Below, in pieces: positions 44,066 through 51,197 of a stretch of DNA of 64,000 bases. The position numbers and the translations under genes are program-made. Position 1 is the first letter of the stretch. Each line of letters starts with the position of its first letter. Origin of the DNA: Candidatus Doudnabacteria bacterium RIFCSPHIGHO2_12_FULL_48_16 (GTDB taxonomy: Bacteria; Patescibacteriota; Doudnabacteria; UBA920; O2-02-FULL-48-8); contig MFEY01000007.1 in NCBI GenBank assembly GCA_001780035.1, positions 331,146 to 395,145 on the forward strand. Direction: 5' to 3'. The notes beneath the pieces are model-generated. The model saw nothing but the letters and a program-made list of their open reading frames with translations, had not been told where the DNA came from and searched no databases.

Positions 44066-45385
44066 TTATTTTTGCAAAATCTTTTTGAGTTCTTCTCTGG
44101 CCACAGTCCGGTCATCCCACGGGATATAACCGCCCCGGACTGCCATTTTTTGTTCCGCGCCTTTGCCGGTGATCAGAATTAAATCATTGGCTTGCGCCAG
44201 GGCGAAAGCTTTGGCCATGGCTGCGCGCCGGTCCGGAATTTTATATAAATTTTGATTGAGGAGTTTGCCCTGTGCCATGCTGCCTGCCGCCATCTCATCC
44301 ATAATTGTTTGCGGGTCGTCGTCATACGGATCGTCGGTCGTCAGAATCACCACGTTCGCATTTTCTGCCGCGAGTCTTCCCAGCACCGGCCGGCGCGCCT
44401 GATCGCGGCCCCCGCCGGTTGACCCGAGGATTTGAATAATATTTTTTTCGCTCCAATTTTTGATTGTGGCGTAAACTTGCTTCAGGGCTGCGGGTTCGTA
44501 GGCATAGTCAACCAGGACTTGGAATGCCTGGCCCTCATCAACGAGCTCCATCCGGCCCGGGACATTGGGAATTTTTTCCAAGGCGTGCCTGGCCAGGCTC
44601 AGATCAATCCCTAAGCGCGAGGTTATGGCAATCGCAGCTAGGGCATTGTAAAGATCAAAAATTCCTTTTAAATTCAGGCTAAAATCCACGTCGGCCACGC
44701 GGAACGCCACTCCCCGTTCGCTGGCTTTCAAATCCATGCCGCGGATGTTGGCGACTTCTGCTTGGCCGTAAGTTATTTTTTGATCCACGCTGAAGTTCAA
44801 AAATTCCGCGGCCGCACGATCGTCAATGTTAGCCGCAATTATTTTGGGCACGCGCTGCTTGGCGATCGTCTTGTGCGGCAGATTTTGCAAAGTTTCAAAA
44901 TACTTTAATTTTGATTGTTTGTAATTTTTAAATCCCCCGTGCGCTTCCAGATGCTCCGGCGTTAAGTTAGTAAAGACCAGGCAATCATAATGAAGGCCAA
45001 CCTGGCGGTGCTGCAGGATTCCTTCTGAGGACGATTCAATCACAGCAAAGCCGGCGCCGTTTCGCACTCCCTGCGCCAGCAGGCGCTGCAGGAAGAATCG
45101 TCCCGGCATGGTCATCTTTAGATTATTGAGCCATTCGTTTTTGCCGTCGCTGAAACTGACGGTCGACGAGACCACGACTTTGTGCCGGGCCTCGCGTAAA
45201 ATTTCCGCGATCAAATTAACGGTCGTAGATTTGCCGTTGGTGCCAGTCACTCCGATCACGATCAGATTTTCCGACGGCCGGCCATAAATAAAATTGGCTA
45301 AGTGAGCCAGCATTAAATGATACCAGCCAAGCAAGAATTTCGGAATAAATTTTTTAATAAAGTTTTTCAATTTATAATTTATCAT
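44066..45385 (-). CDS. murE: Mur ligase, MurE-like (UDP-MurNAc-tripeptide synthetase)
   Basis: 439 aa; IGVTGTNGKSTT P-loop, VDYAYEPAAL (compare DYAHTPDAL), C-terminal Mur ligase domain. Confidence 0.75.
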   Translation of the reverse strand: MINYKLKNFIKKFIPKFLLGWYHLMLAHLANFIYGRPSENLIVIGVTGTNGKSTTVNLIAEILREARHKVVVSSTVSFSDGKNEWLNNLKMTMPGRFFLQRLLAQGVRNGAGFAVIESSSEGILQHRQVGLHYDCLVFTNLTPEHLEAHGGFKNYKQSKLKYFETLQNLPHKTIAKQRVPKIIAANIDDRAAAEFLNFSVDQKITYGQAEVANIRGMDLKASERGVAFRVADVDFSLNLKGIFDLYNALAAIAITSRLGIDLSLARHALEKIPNVPGRMELVDEGQAFQVLVDYAYEPAALKQVYATIKNWSEKNIIQILGSTGGGRDQARRPVLGRLAAENANVVILTTDDPYDDDPQTIMDEMAAGSMAQGKLLNQNLYKIPDRRAAMAKAFALAQANDLILITGKGAEQKMAVRGGYIPWDDRTVAREELKKILQK

Positions 45386-46709
45386 TTAAAATTTCATGCT
45401 GTAGGTTTGGCAAAGCCGCGAGTAATCCCAGCACGACAAACAGCATGAGTCTCCCCTGCTGAATTGTAACAAAATAATGATCAAACTGTCCCAGGATCAA
45501 AAAAATCAATCCTAGAAAGATCAGGGAAAATTTAAGCGGCCCAACTGGGCCATGCCGCGCGCCGCGGAAAATTTGGATGATGATCAGGACAAAAATAGCC
45601 AAAGCTCCGACACCGGATTCCGCCGCAATGAAAATAAAAATATTATGGGCCGGTTGGTATTGCCAGGCCTTCAAAGCATACAGATCCCGCAGTGCCGGCA
45701 CGTAGTTCCCTACCCCTACCCCCAGCCAGGGATGTTGGGCCACCAAGTTTAACCCTAGGTCATTGAAGAATCCACGGTCTGTAATGGAGGTTTGATTCTG
45801 ATCCAAAACCCGGGTTTTGAGTAGCTCAAAATAAGTTCCATCCGCCTTCGTTAAAACTCCGGCGGACAGGCATGAAACAATGCCAATAATGGCTAAGATA
45901 AGCGATTTTTTCCATTGTTTGTGCCAGAGCCAATAGATGCCAAAGCCCAAATATCCGATGGCCGTGGCCAACCAGGCTAGCCGGGAAAAAGTCACAAAGA
46001 TTCCGAGCGTGATTAAGATCGTTCCACATGAAACCAAGAATAGCCTTAGTTTTGTTTCACGCCTGCCCGCCGAAGCCTCGGCGAAGGCGGATGAAACCAA
46101 AAAAAAGCCCATAAATAAGGCAAAAATCAGGAAAGACGCTAAAACATTGGGGTGTGGGAATGTTCCGTAAGCCCGAATAACCTTCCCTCCCAGAGTATCG
46201 ATCGTGGCTAATCCCGTCGTTCCCAGCGGCGGGATATATTCCCCAAGGAATTTCAGGCCAAGCATATGTTGCACGTGAAACTGCCAGAGAGCCAAAATCG
46301 CCTGGGTAACCCCTAATATAAATAGTATAGTGGCTGAAAGCCGGAACTGAATTGTTTCACGGAATGTTTCACGGAGGTAAATTAGCAGTAATAATAGCTC
46401 AAACCATTTAAAAACCCCGTAAATCCCCAGTTTTATTTGTTTCACGTGGAACACCGAGACTACAACCCAGAGAAATAACCCCAATAATAGCCAGAGTTTG
46501 CTGGTCAGGCTAATTCGAGGGCGCTCAAAAACCAGCCAGCTTAAGAAACACAAAATTAAGATTAAATCAGTCAGATAAACAAAGATGGCCAGGTGGTAAT
46601 TGAAATACCAGGAGATATATGATTGGGCCGGATTATAAAGCATCCGGGTTTGAATGGGCAGCAATAATAGGAATAAATAAAAGAAAACTTCATGAAACCG
46701 AAGTTTCAT
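45372..46709 (-). CDS. O-antigen ligase-like (Wzy_C) membrane protein, second copy
   Basis: FSRLAWLATAIGYL motif, many TM; tracked ORF extends to 46847 but that extension is made of parS-type repeats, so start set at MKLRFHEVFFYLF (46709). Confidence 0.65.
   Translation of the reverse strand: MKLRFHEVFFYLFLLLLPIQTRMLYNPAQSYISWYFNYHLAIFVYLTDLILILCFLSWLVFERPRISLTSKLWLLLGLFLWVVVSVFHVKQIKLGIYGVFKWFELLLLLIYLRETFRETIQFRLSATILFILGVTQAILALWQFHVQHMLGLKFLGEYIPPLGTTGLATIDTLGGKVIRAYGTFPHPNVLASFLIFALFMGFFLVSSAFAEASAGRRETKLRLFLVSCGTILITLGIFVTFSRLAWLATAIGYLGFGIYWLWHKQWKKSLILAIIGIVSCLSAGVLTKADGTYFELLKTRVLDQNQTSITDRGFFNDLGLNLVAQHPWLGVGVGNYVPALRDLYALKAWQYQPAHNIFIFIAAESGVGALAIFVLIIIQIFRGARHGPVGPLKFSLIFLGLIFLILGQFDHYFVTIQQGRLMLFVVLGLLAALPNLQHEILNDKL
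46053..46098. repeat. imperfect palindromic element bounded by parS half-sites, inside the ligase CDS
   Basis: TGTTTCAC-GCCTGCCCGCC-GAAGCCTC-GGCGAAGGCGG-ATGAAACC; encodes the in-frame insert-like AEASAGRRETK. Confidence 0.55.
46438..46453. promoter_or_regulatory. parS centromere-like site
   Basis: TGTTTCACGTGGAACA; its reverse complement TGTTCCACGTGAAACA is the Bacillus-type parS as I recall it. Confidence 0.8.
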
Positions 46710-46773
46710 AAGCCAAGCTGATAAATGTTTCACGCCTGCCCGCCACGCCGCATTTTCTAGAAAATTTAAAAAT

Positions 46774-46789
46774 TGTTTCACGTGAAACA
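46774..46789. promoter_or_regulatory. parS centromere-like site (perfect palindrome)
   Basis: TGTTTCACGTGAAACA, 16/16 palindromic parS consensus. Confidence 0.85.
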
Positions 46790-46938
46790 TAAATTTTTGG
46801 CTAATATTATTGATAAAAGGCAAGGCAGGCGGGTGAAACATTGACATATTGAATAATTTATTTTTTAATAAAAATATGAATTTACATTTTGAGTTTCTGC
46901 TTTTTCAAGATATCATGGAACGTAAGAGGAGGTAACCC

Positions 46939-47187
46939 ATGACGCCAAGAATCGTCGTGGCCAAGGGAGCGGGGTTGATCCGGCAATACGCGCAGCTGCG
47001 TTCCCGCTGGGATCGTGAAGCCTGGCTTGCCAAGGCTGAGCGGGCCGTCAGCTTGTGCACAAGAGATGAAGAAGAAAGGCTCCTGGCCATGATCCGTCTC
47101 ACGCAATATGCGCTGGGACAGGGGAGCCCTTACCCGGATAATAAAGAAGGAGGAGACCATGGGACGAAGGGAGGAGGTTCTCGCTGA
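46939..47187 (+). CDS. hypothetical small protein (82 aa) in a GC-rich islet
   Basis: SD GAGGAGG 6 nt upstream of the ATG; no family recognised. Confidence 0.4.
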   Translation: MTPRIVVAKGAGLIRQYAQLRSRWDREAWLAKAERAVSLCTRDEEERLLAMIRLTQYALGQGSPYPDNKEGGDHGTKGGGSR

Positions 47188-47413
47188 TGCAATTGCGGCG
47201 CTTAATCGAGCCGCCTGGGCTCTGAATGAGCCTTGGTCAGAGCAGAGTGCGCGCCGCAATCAGGACACTCTCGCCGCCATTTGTCGCGCCTTGCCGTATT
47301 GTCAAGGGCAGTGGTCGAGCCGCTTGCCTGGCCATTTCCAGGCCGCGGCCGAGGCTATGAAACAAAAGCTTCTGGCGCGCTTGGCCCAGCCGGGGACACT
47401 CAAGGAGCGTTGA
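47159..47413 (+). CDS. hypothetical small helical protein (84 aa) in a GC-rich islet
   Basis: SD AAGGAGGAG 3 nt upstream of ATG 47159 (M18 of tracked ORF); overlaps the previous ORF by 29 nt. Confidence 0.4.
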   Translation: MGRREEVLADAIAALNRAAWALNEPWSEQSARRNQDTLAAICRALPYCQGQWSSRLPGHFQAAAEAMKQKLLARLAQPGTLKER

Positions 47414-47560
47414 ATGGTCCACCCAATCGTCGATTGAACGCCAGGTAGTCGGGCCGATAGCCAGATAATAAGGCTATCATCCAACACTGGCGTTCGTTCC
47501 TGCTCTAGAAAACATACGGAGATAAATGTATAATATATGAACTTGAAAATTGTTGAAATA

Positions 47561-47590
47561 CGGGGTGTCGTATACCGGTAGTATGCACGC
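47561..47590 (+). pseudogene. duplicated 5' half of a tRNA-Pro gene (fragment)
   Basis: CGGGGTGTCGTATACCGGTAGTATGCACGC matches 25/30 positions of the intact tRNA-Pro 5' half that starts 53 nt downstream. Confidence 0.65.
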
Positions 47591-47613
47591 CACGCCCCCC
47601 ACACCAGTTTTAT

Positions 47614-47687
47614 CGGGATGTAGTATACCGGTAGTACACGCGCTTCGGGTGCGTGAAGACCGGGTTCGATTCCCGGCATCCCGACCA
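47614..47687 (+). tRNA. tRNA-Pro (CGG)
   Basis: hand fold: CGGGATG/CATCCCG acceptor, CGCGC-TTCGGGT-GCGTG, CCGGG-TTCGATT-CCCGG, A73 CCA. Confidence 0.85.
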
Positions 47688-47697
47688 AAAGACGCTC

Positions 47698-47799
47698 GGA
47701 CCTTGCAAAATTACCGGTTGTCGAAATTTAATTAAATTTCGCAACCTGCGTTCTCGACCCGCTTAAAGCGGGTCTGCGAAGGCTAATTTTGCAAGGTCC
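47698..47799. repeat. 102-nt element with perfect 16-bp terminal inverted repeats and two internal hairpins
   Basis: GGACCTTGCAAAATTA (47698-713) / TAATTTTGCAAGGTCC (47784-799); inner GGTTGTCGAAATTT-AATT-AAATTTCGCAACC and GACCCGCT-TAA-AGCGGGTC. Confidence 0.6.
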
Positions 47800-47816
47800 T
47801 CGCTGAAAGCAATTAT

Positions 47817-48416
47817 ATGAAACCTTTAATACTCGGCATTAACGGCTCGCCGAACCAAAACGGCCGCGTGGAACAATATTTAAAACTGGTTTTGAAAGAG
47901 ATCGGCATAGCGGGCGGGACAACCCGGCTTTTAAATTTGCGGAAATACAAGATCTTGCCGCACCGGGGTGCGTTGAATGCCAAAAGTTATTTGGAAAAGA
48001 GCCAAGACGACATGGCTGAACTGGTAAAACAGATTTTAAGGGCCGACGGCGTCATTTTTGCCACTCCCACACACTGGTTCCATGTTTCATCGCTCATGAA
48101 ATTATTTATTGATCGACTGACTAGCCTGGAGCATTACAATTTTTTGTTGGAAGGCAAAACAGCCGGCGTGATCACTTACGGTCCGCAGGGCGGGGCGCTC
48201 AATAGCGCTATGAATCTGCTGATGATCCTGAATCAATGGGGCATGAGTGTCCCGCCATACGGAACGTTGTTTGATGAGGGCCGGCAGGACAAATGGTTTG
48301 CTAGGGACTTGAAGCTCCTAGCTAAAAACATTTTGACCCAAATAAAAATATCCCGGCAGACGAATTGGGGATACAAGGGGGCCAAGTATAAATACCGGCC
48401 GACCGAGCTGATATGA
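47817..48416 (+). CDS. NAD(P)H-dependent FMN reductase / flavodoxin-like fold protein
   Basis: 199 aa; MKPLILGINGSPN start and VIFATPTHWF motif. Confidence 0.75.
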   Translation: MKPLILGINGSPNQNGRVEQYLKLVLKEIGIAGGTTRLLNLRKYKILPHRGALNAKSYLEKSQDDMAELVKQILRADGVIFATPTHWFHVSSLMKLFIDRLTSLEHYNFLLEGKTAGVITYGPQGGALNSAMNLLMILNQWGMSVPPYGTLFDEGRQDKWFARDLKLLAKNILTQIKISRQTNWGYKGAKYKYRPTELI

Positions 48417-48507
48417 GCAGAATTTTTTTCGTAGAGCCGTTATAAGTATTTACAAATCCGCCAAAAATCTATAAAATAAAGTGCAAGTTCACTCGGTGAG
48501 GATTGTA

Positions 48508-48582
48508 GCCCTCGTAGCTCAACGGATAGAGCCGGCGCGTCCTAAGCGCACGATGGGGGTTCAATTCCCTCCGGGGGCACCA
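48508..48582 (+). tRNA. tRNA-Arg (CCT)
   Basis: hand fold: GCCCTCG/CGGGGGC acceptor, GGCGC-GTCCTAA-GCGCA (27:43 mismatch), GGGGG-TTCAATT-CCCTC, A73 CCA. Confidence 0.78.
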
Positions 48583-48601
48583 CAAGGAAAATATTATTTT
48601 A

Positions 48602-48677
48602 GGGCCCATAGCTCATTTGGTAGAGCGCTTCCATGGCATGGAAGAGGTGACCGGTTCGAGCCCGGTTGGGTCCACCA
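48602..48677 (+). tRNA. tRNA-Ala (GGC)
   Basis: hand fold: GGGCCCA acceptor with G3:U70, CTTCC-ATGGCAT-GGAAG, ACCGG-TTCGAGC-CCGGT, A73 CCA. Confidence 0.85.
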
Positions 48678-48698
48678 AAATAATAAGTTAACAAACTT

Positions 48699-48869
48699 AT
48701 GAAGAAGTTATTTTACGGTTCGATGTTCTTGACGATTGCGTCACTGGTTATTGGCATGTTTAGTTTCGATAACTTTCGGGATCGAGTATATTTAGCTGCG
48801 ATGTTGTTGGGTTTTATATCAATTTTTGCCGGGCTGGAATATTTAATCAGAAATGCAAATAAGAAATAG
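48699..48869 (+). CDS. small membrane protein (56 aa)
   Basis: hand translation MKKLFYGSMFLTIASLVIGMFSFDNFRDRVYLAAMLLGFISIFAGLEYLIRNANKK, two TM; preferred over the antisense 69-aa tracked ORF. Confidence 0.4.
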   Translation: MKKLFYGSMFLTIASLVIGMFSFDNFRDRVYLAAMLLGFISIFAGLEYLIRNANKK

Positions 48870-48922
48870 TCAGAGAAAAACAACCCAATTACGGGCTGTT
48901 TTTTAAATGCTAAAATAGTCAT

Positions 48923-49564
48923 ATGAAATTCCCGACGTTCGTTTATGAAACCAAAAAATATAAAGAGGGGCTTTTCTTTGTTGCCGGGTGCGATGAAGTC
49001 GGGCGGGGGCCATTAGCTGGACCAGTCGTGGCCGCGACCGTGATCCTGGATCCGCTCTCGATCGGCAAGCAGCGGTCCAAAACCAAATGGTGGTATCGGG
49101 TGCGCGATTCCAAGACCGTGAATGAGCGGGAGCGCAGCGAACTGGAGCGGTTTATCAAAGATCATTGTCTGGATTTTGCCATTGCCGAAGTCTCGCATGA
49201 AACAATTGATGAAATCAACATTCACCAGGCTGGGATGCTGGCCATGCGCAAATCGGTTGATGGCCTGAAACCAAAACCGGATTTTTTATTTCTCGACGGC
49301 CGGCATACGATCAGGGGTTTGGATATGAAACAGGAAGCAGTGATTCAGGGCGATACAAAAATTTTGTCGATCGCGGCCGCCTCGATAATCGCCAAAGTCG
49401 CCCGGGACAAAATTCTTGGACAGCTTCATGCGATTTACCCACAGTATGGTTTTGGCAAGCACAAAGGCTACCCGACGCGGCAACACCGCGAGGCGATTCT
49501 AAAATTTGGCGTCCTGCCCGTGCATCGCCGCAGCTTTGCCTTCGTGAAACAATGTTTGCGATGA
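48923..49564 (+). CDS. rnhB: ribonuclease HII
   Basis: 213 aa; GCDEVGRGPLAGPVVAA and SIIAKV motifs. Confidence 0.93.
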   Translation: MKFPTFVYETKKYKEGLFFVAGCDEVGRGPLAGPVVAATVILDPLSIGKQRSKTKWWYRVRDSKTVNERERSELERFIKDHCLDFAIAEVSHETIDEINIHQAGMLAMRKSVDGLKPKPDFLFLDGRHTIRGLDMKQEAVIQGDTKILSIAAASIIAKVARDKILGQLHAIYPQYGFGKHKGYPTRQHREAILKFGVLPVHRRSFAFVKQCLR

Positions 49565-49743
49565 AACTTGCCAATCATTGAAACAAGAGCAATTTTCGGC
49601 TATCATTTATGGGCTTGGAGAGGTCGCAGATGCCGCCTCCGGCGGCACCCCGCCTTCATTAGAATTAATCGAGGTGGCGGTGGGTGGCCACCGCATTATG
49701 CGGGGTCCCGCCTACGTCTAATAAATAGTAATGGCGGGATCGA

Positions 49744-49989
49744 ATGAGATTTTACGCATATATTCTCAAAAGCCAGAAGCACGGCAGATATTATGTTGGA
49801 TCAACAAATGATCTTCAAGATCGATTGAAAAGACATAACGCCGGTTATAATAAATCAACCAAGGATGGCGTTCCTTGGGAACTAGTCTATAGTGAAACTT
49901 TTTTGACGAAGCAAGAAGCATACAAAAGAGAATTAAAAATAAAAAGTTATAAGGGCGGTGAAGCCTTTAAGCGCTTGATAAATTTATAA
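49744..49989 (+). CDS. GIY-YIG nuclease family protein (small, stand-alone)
   Basis: 81 aa; FYAYILKS...GRYYVGSTNDLQDRLKRHN GIY-YIG motif. Confidence 0.85.
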   Translation: MRFYAYILKSQKHGRYYVGSTNDLQDRLKRHNAGYNKSTKDGVPWELVYSETFLTKQEAYKRELKIKSYKGGEAFKRLINL

Positions 49990-49993
49990 ATAC

Positions 49994-50083
49994 GGAAGCG
50001 TGGCCGAGTGGTTGAAGGCACGGCTCTCGAAAAGCCGCAGAGGTGAAAGCCTCTCGTGAGTTCGAATCTCACCGCTTCCGCCA
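49994..50083 (+). tRNA. tRNA-Ser (CGA)
   Basis: hand fold: GGAAGCG/CGCTTCC acceptor, CGGCT-CTCGAAA-AGCCG, long variable arm, GTGAG-TTCGAAT-CTCAC, G73 CCA. Confidence 0.88.
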
Positions 50084-50091
50084 AGAAATCA

Positions 50092-50166
50092 AGCTAGTTC
50101 GTCCGGTCGAATGACCGGACGCCCGATCGGATGATCGGGCGACTCCCACCCTCTCCGCCAAGAAAT
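50092..50166 (+). repeat. twin-hairpin insert plus a second copy of the tRNA-Ser 3' end
   Basis: GTCCGGTC-GAAT-GACCGGAC and GCCCGATC-GGAT-GATCGGGC, then CCCACCCTCTCCGCCAAGAAAT, which matches the tRNA 3' end + flank (last 13 nt identical). Confidence 0.65.
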
Positions 50167-50168
50167 TT

Positions 50169-50510
50169 ATGATTATTACTTACGAAGATTTTCAGAAAGT
50201 GGATATCAGACTCGGCAAAATTATTGACGTCCAAGATTTTCCGGAAGCGAAAAAACCGGCATTTAAGCTTCGGATAGATTTCGGGACTGATGTGGGCATC
50301 AAAAATTCCAGCGTCCAAGCCGTCGGCGCCCATACTAAAGAAGAGTTGTTGGGGATGCCAGTGATGTGCGTAGTTAACTTTCCTGTTAGAAAAATTGGCC
50401 CGTTTGAATCCGAAGTTTTAACTCTCGGTTTCAAAAATAATTCAGGAACTGGTTGGATCCTGGCAACTCCAGCCAAAAATTCAGTAAACATTGGTGATCG
50501 ACTGCAATAA
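50169..50510 (+). CDS. tRNA-binding domain protein (CsaA-like)
   Basis: 113 aa; FQKVDIRLGKIIDVQDFPEAKKPAFKLRIDFG typical of CsaA/EMAP-type tRNA-binding domains. Confidence 0.8.
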   Translation: MIITYEDFQKVDIRLGKIIDVQDFPEAKKPAFKLRIDFGTDVGIKNSSVQAVGAHTKEELLGMPVMCVVNFPVRKIGPFESEVLTLGFKNNSGTGWILATPAKNSVNIGDRLQ

Positions 50511-50512
50511 GT

Positions 50513-50968
50513 ATGGACAACGTGCAAGAGAAATTTATGCGGGTCGCTTTGGCAGAAGCCAAGGCTGCCCAAGCCGCGGGCGACTTGCCGTTTGGCGCAG
50601 TCATAGTTTGTGACGACAAAGTTGTTGGCGCAGGCCGTGCGCAAAATAACACGGTCGGCGATGTCACCGACCACGCAGAATTATTGGCCATTCGACAGGC
50701 CTGTCAGACTTTGAGTAAGAACAATTTGTCCGATTGTGTCATTTATTGCAGCAATGAACCGTGTATTATGTGTGCGGCCGGAATCTTTCAAGCCAACATA
50801 CCCAAAGTCGTGATCGGTGTTTCACGGGATGATCTGCCTAATTTTTTACGCCCGCGCCGGATAAAGATTGAACATCTGGCTGAAGATTCCAGTTATAAAA
50901 TTGAAATTATACGGGGTGTTTTGAAAGATCAAATTTTGTCATTGTTTGAAAATATTAAAAATAATTAA
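50513..50968 (+). CDS. CMP/dCMP-type zinc deaminase (TadA/guanine deaminase-like)
   Basis: 151 aa; HAELLAI and PCIMCAAGI zinc-binding motifs. Confidence 0.8.
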   Translation: MDNVQEKFMRVALAEAKAAQAAGDLPFGAVIVCDDKVVGAGRAQNNTVGDVTDHAELLAIRQACQTLSKNNLSDCVIYCSNEPCIMCAAGIFQANIPKVVIGVSRDDLPNFLRPRRIKIEHLAEDSSYKIEIIRGVLKDQILSLFENIKNN

Positions 50969-50977
50969 GCAAAATTT

Positions 50978-51136
50978 ATGGACAACATCAAAGTCAAAGT
51001 TGTCGAGCATGGGGCCAAGGGCGGGGTTTGGTTCATCGGCTGGTTATTTACCATCGGTTTCGTGCATCTCTCATTTGGGCAGGGGGTGCTGGCCATTATT
51101 ATCTGGCCCTACTATCTGGGCAACGCGCTTAGCTAA
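50978..51136 (+). CDS. small membrane protein (52 aa)
   Basis: hand translation MDNIKVKVVEHGAKGGVWFIGWLFTIGFVHLSFGQGVLAIIIWPYYLGNALS; terminator follows; preferred over the tracked 50946-51176 frame. Confidence 0.4.
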   Translation: MDNIKVKVVEHGAKGGVWFIGWLFTIGFVHLSFGQGVLAIIIWPYYLGNALS

Positions 51137-51142
51137 GTTCTC

Positions 51143-51169
51143 AAAAAGTCGCCTCGTCAGCGACTTTTT
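51143..51169 (+). terminator. intrinsic terminator
   Basis: AAAAAGTCGC-CTCGTCA-GCGACTTTTT. Confidence 0.75.
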
Positions 51170-51197
51170 GATATGATTAAGCTAGAGAATTAAAGAA

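Noticed and set aside
46710-46847. N-terminal 46 codons of the tracked 491-aa ligase-like ORF (MSMFHPPALP...FMFHVKQFLNF...)
   Set aside because: The FHVKQ/FHPP peptides are translations of parS and half-parS repeats (TGTTTCACGTGAAACA and related). The hydrophobic protein proper begins at MKLRFHEVFFYLF.
46882-47259. 125-aa minus-strand ORF in the GC-rich islet
   Set aside because: It is antisense to two plus-strand ORFs that each have a near-perfect SD at correct spacing. The product is Arg/Ser/Ala-rich with no start context.
50946-51176. 76-aa tracked ORF after the deaminase gene, and the 69-aa minus ORF at 48713-48922
   Set aside because: Alternative short plus-strand frames (50978-51136 and 48699-48869) encode clean two-TM peptides with start codons just after the preceding gene or tRNA, and the first is followed by a terminator. 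The tracked frames give basic, low-complexity products.
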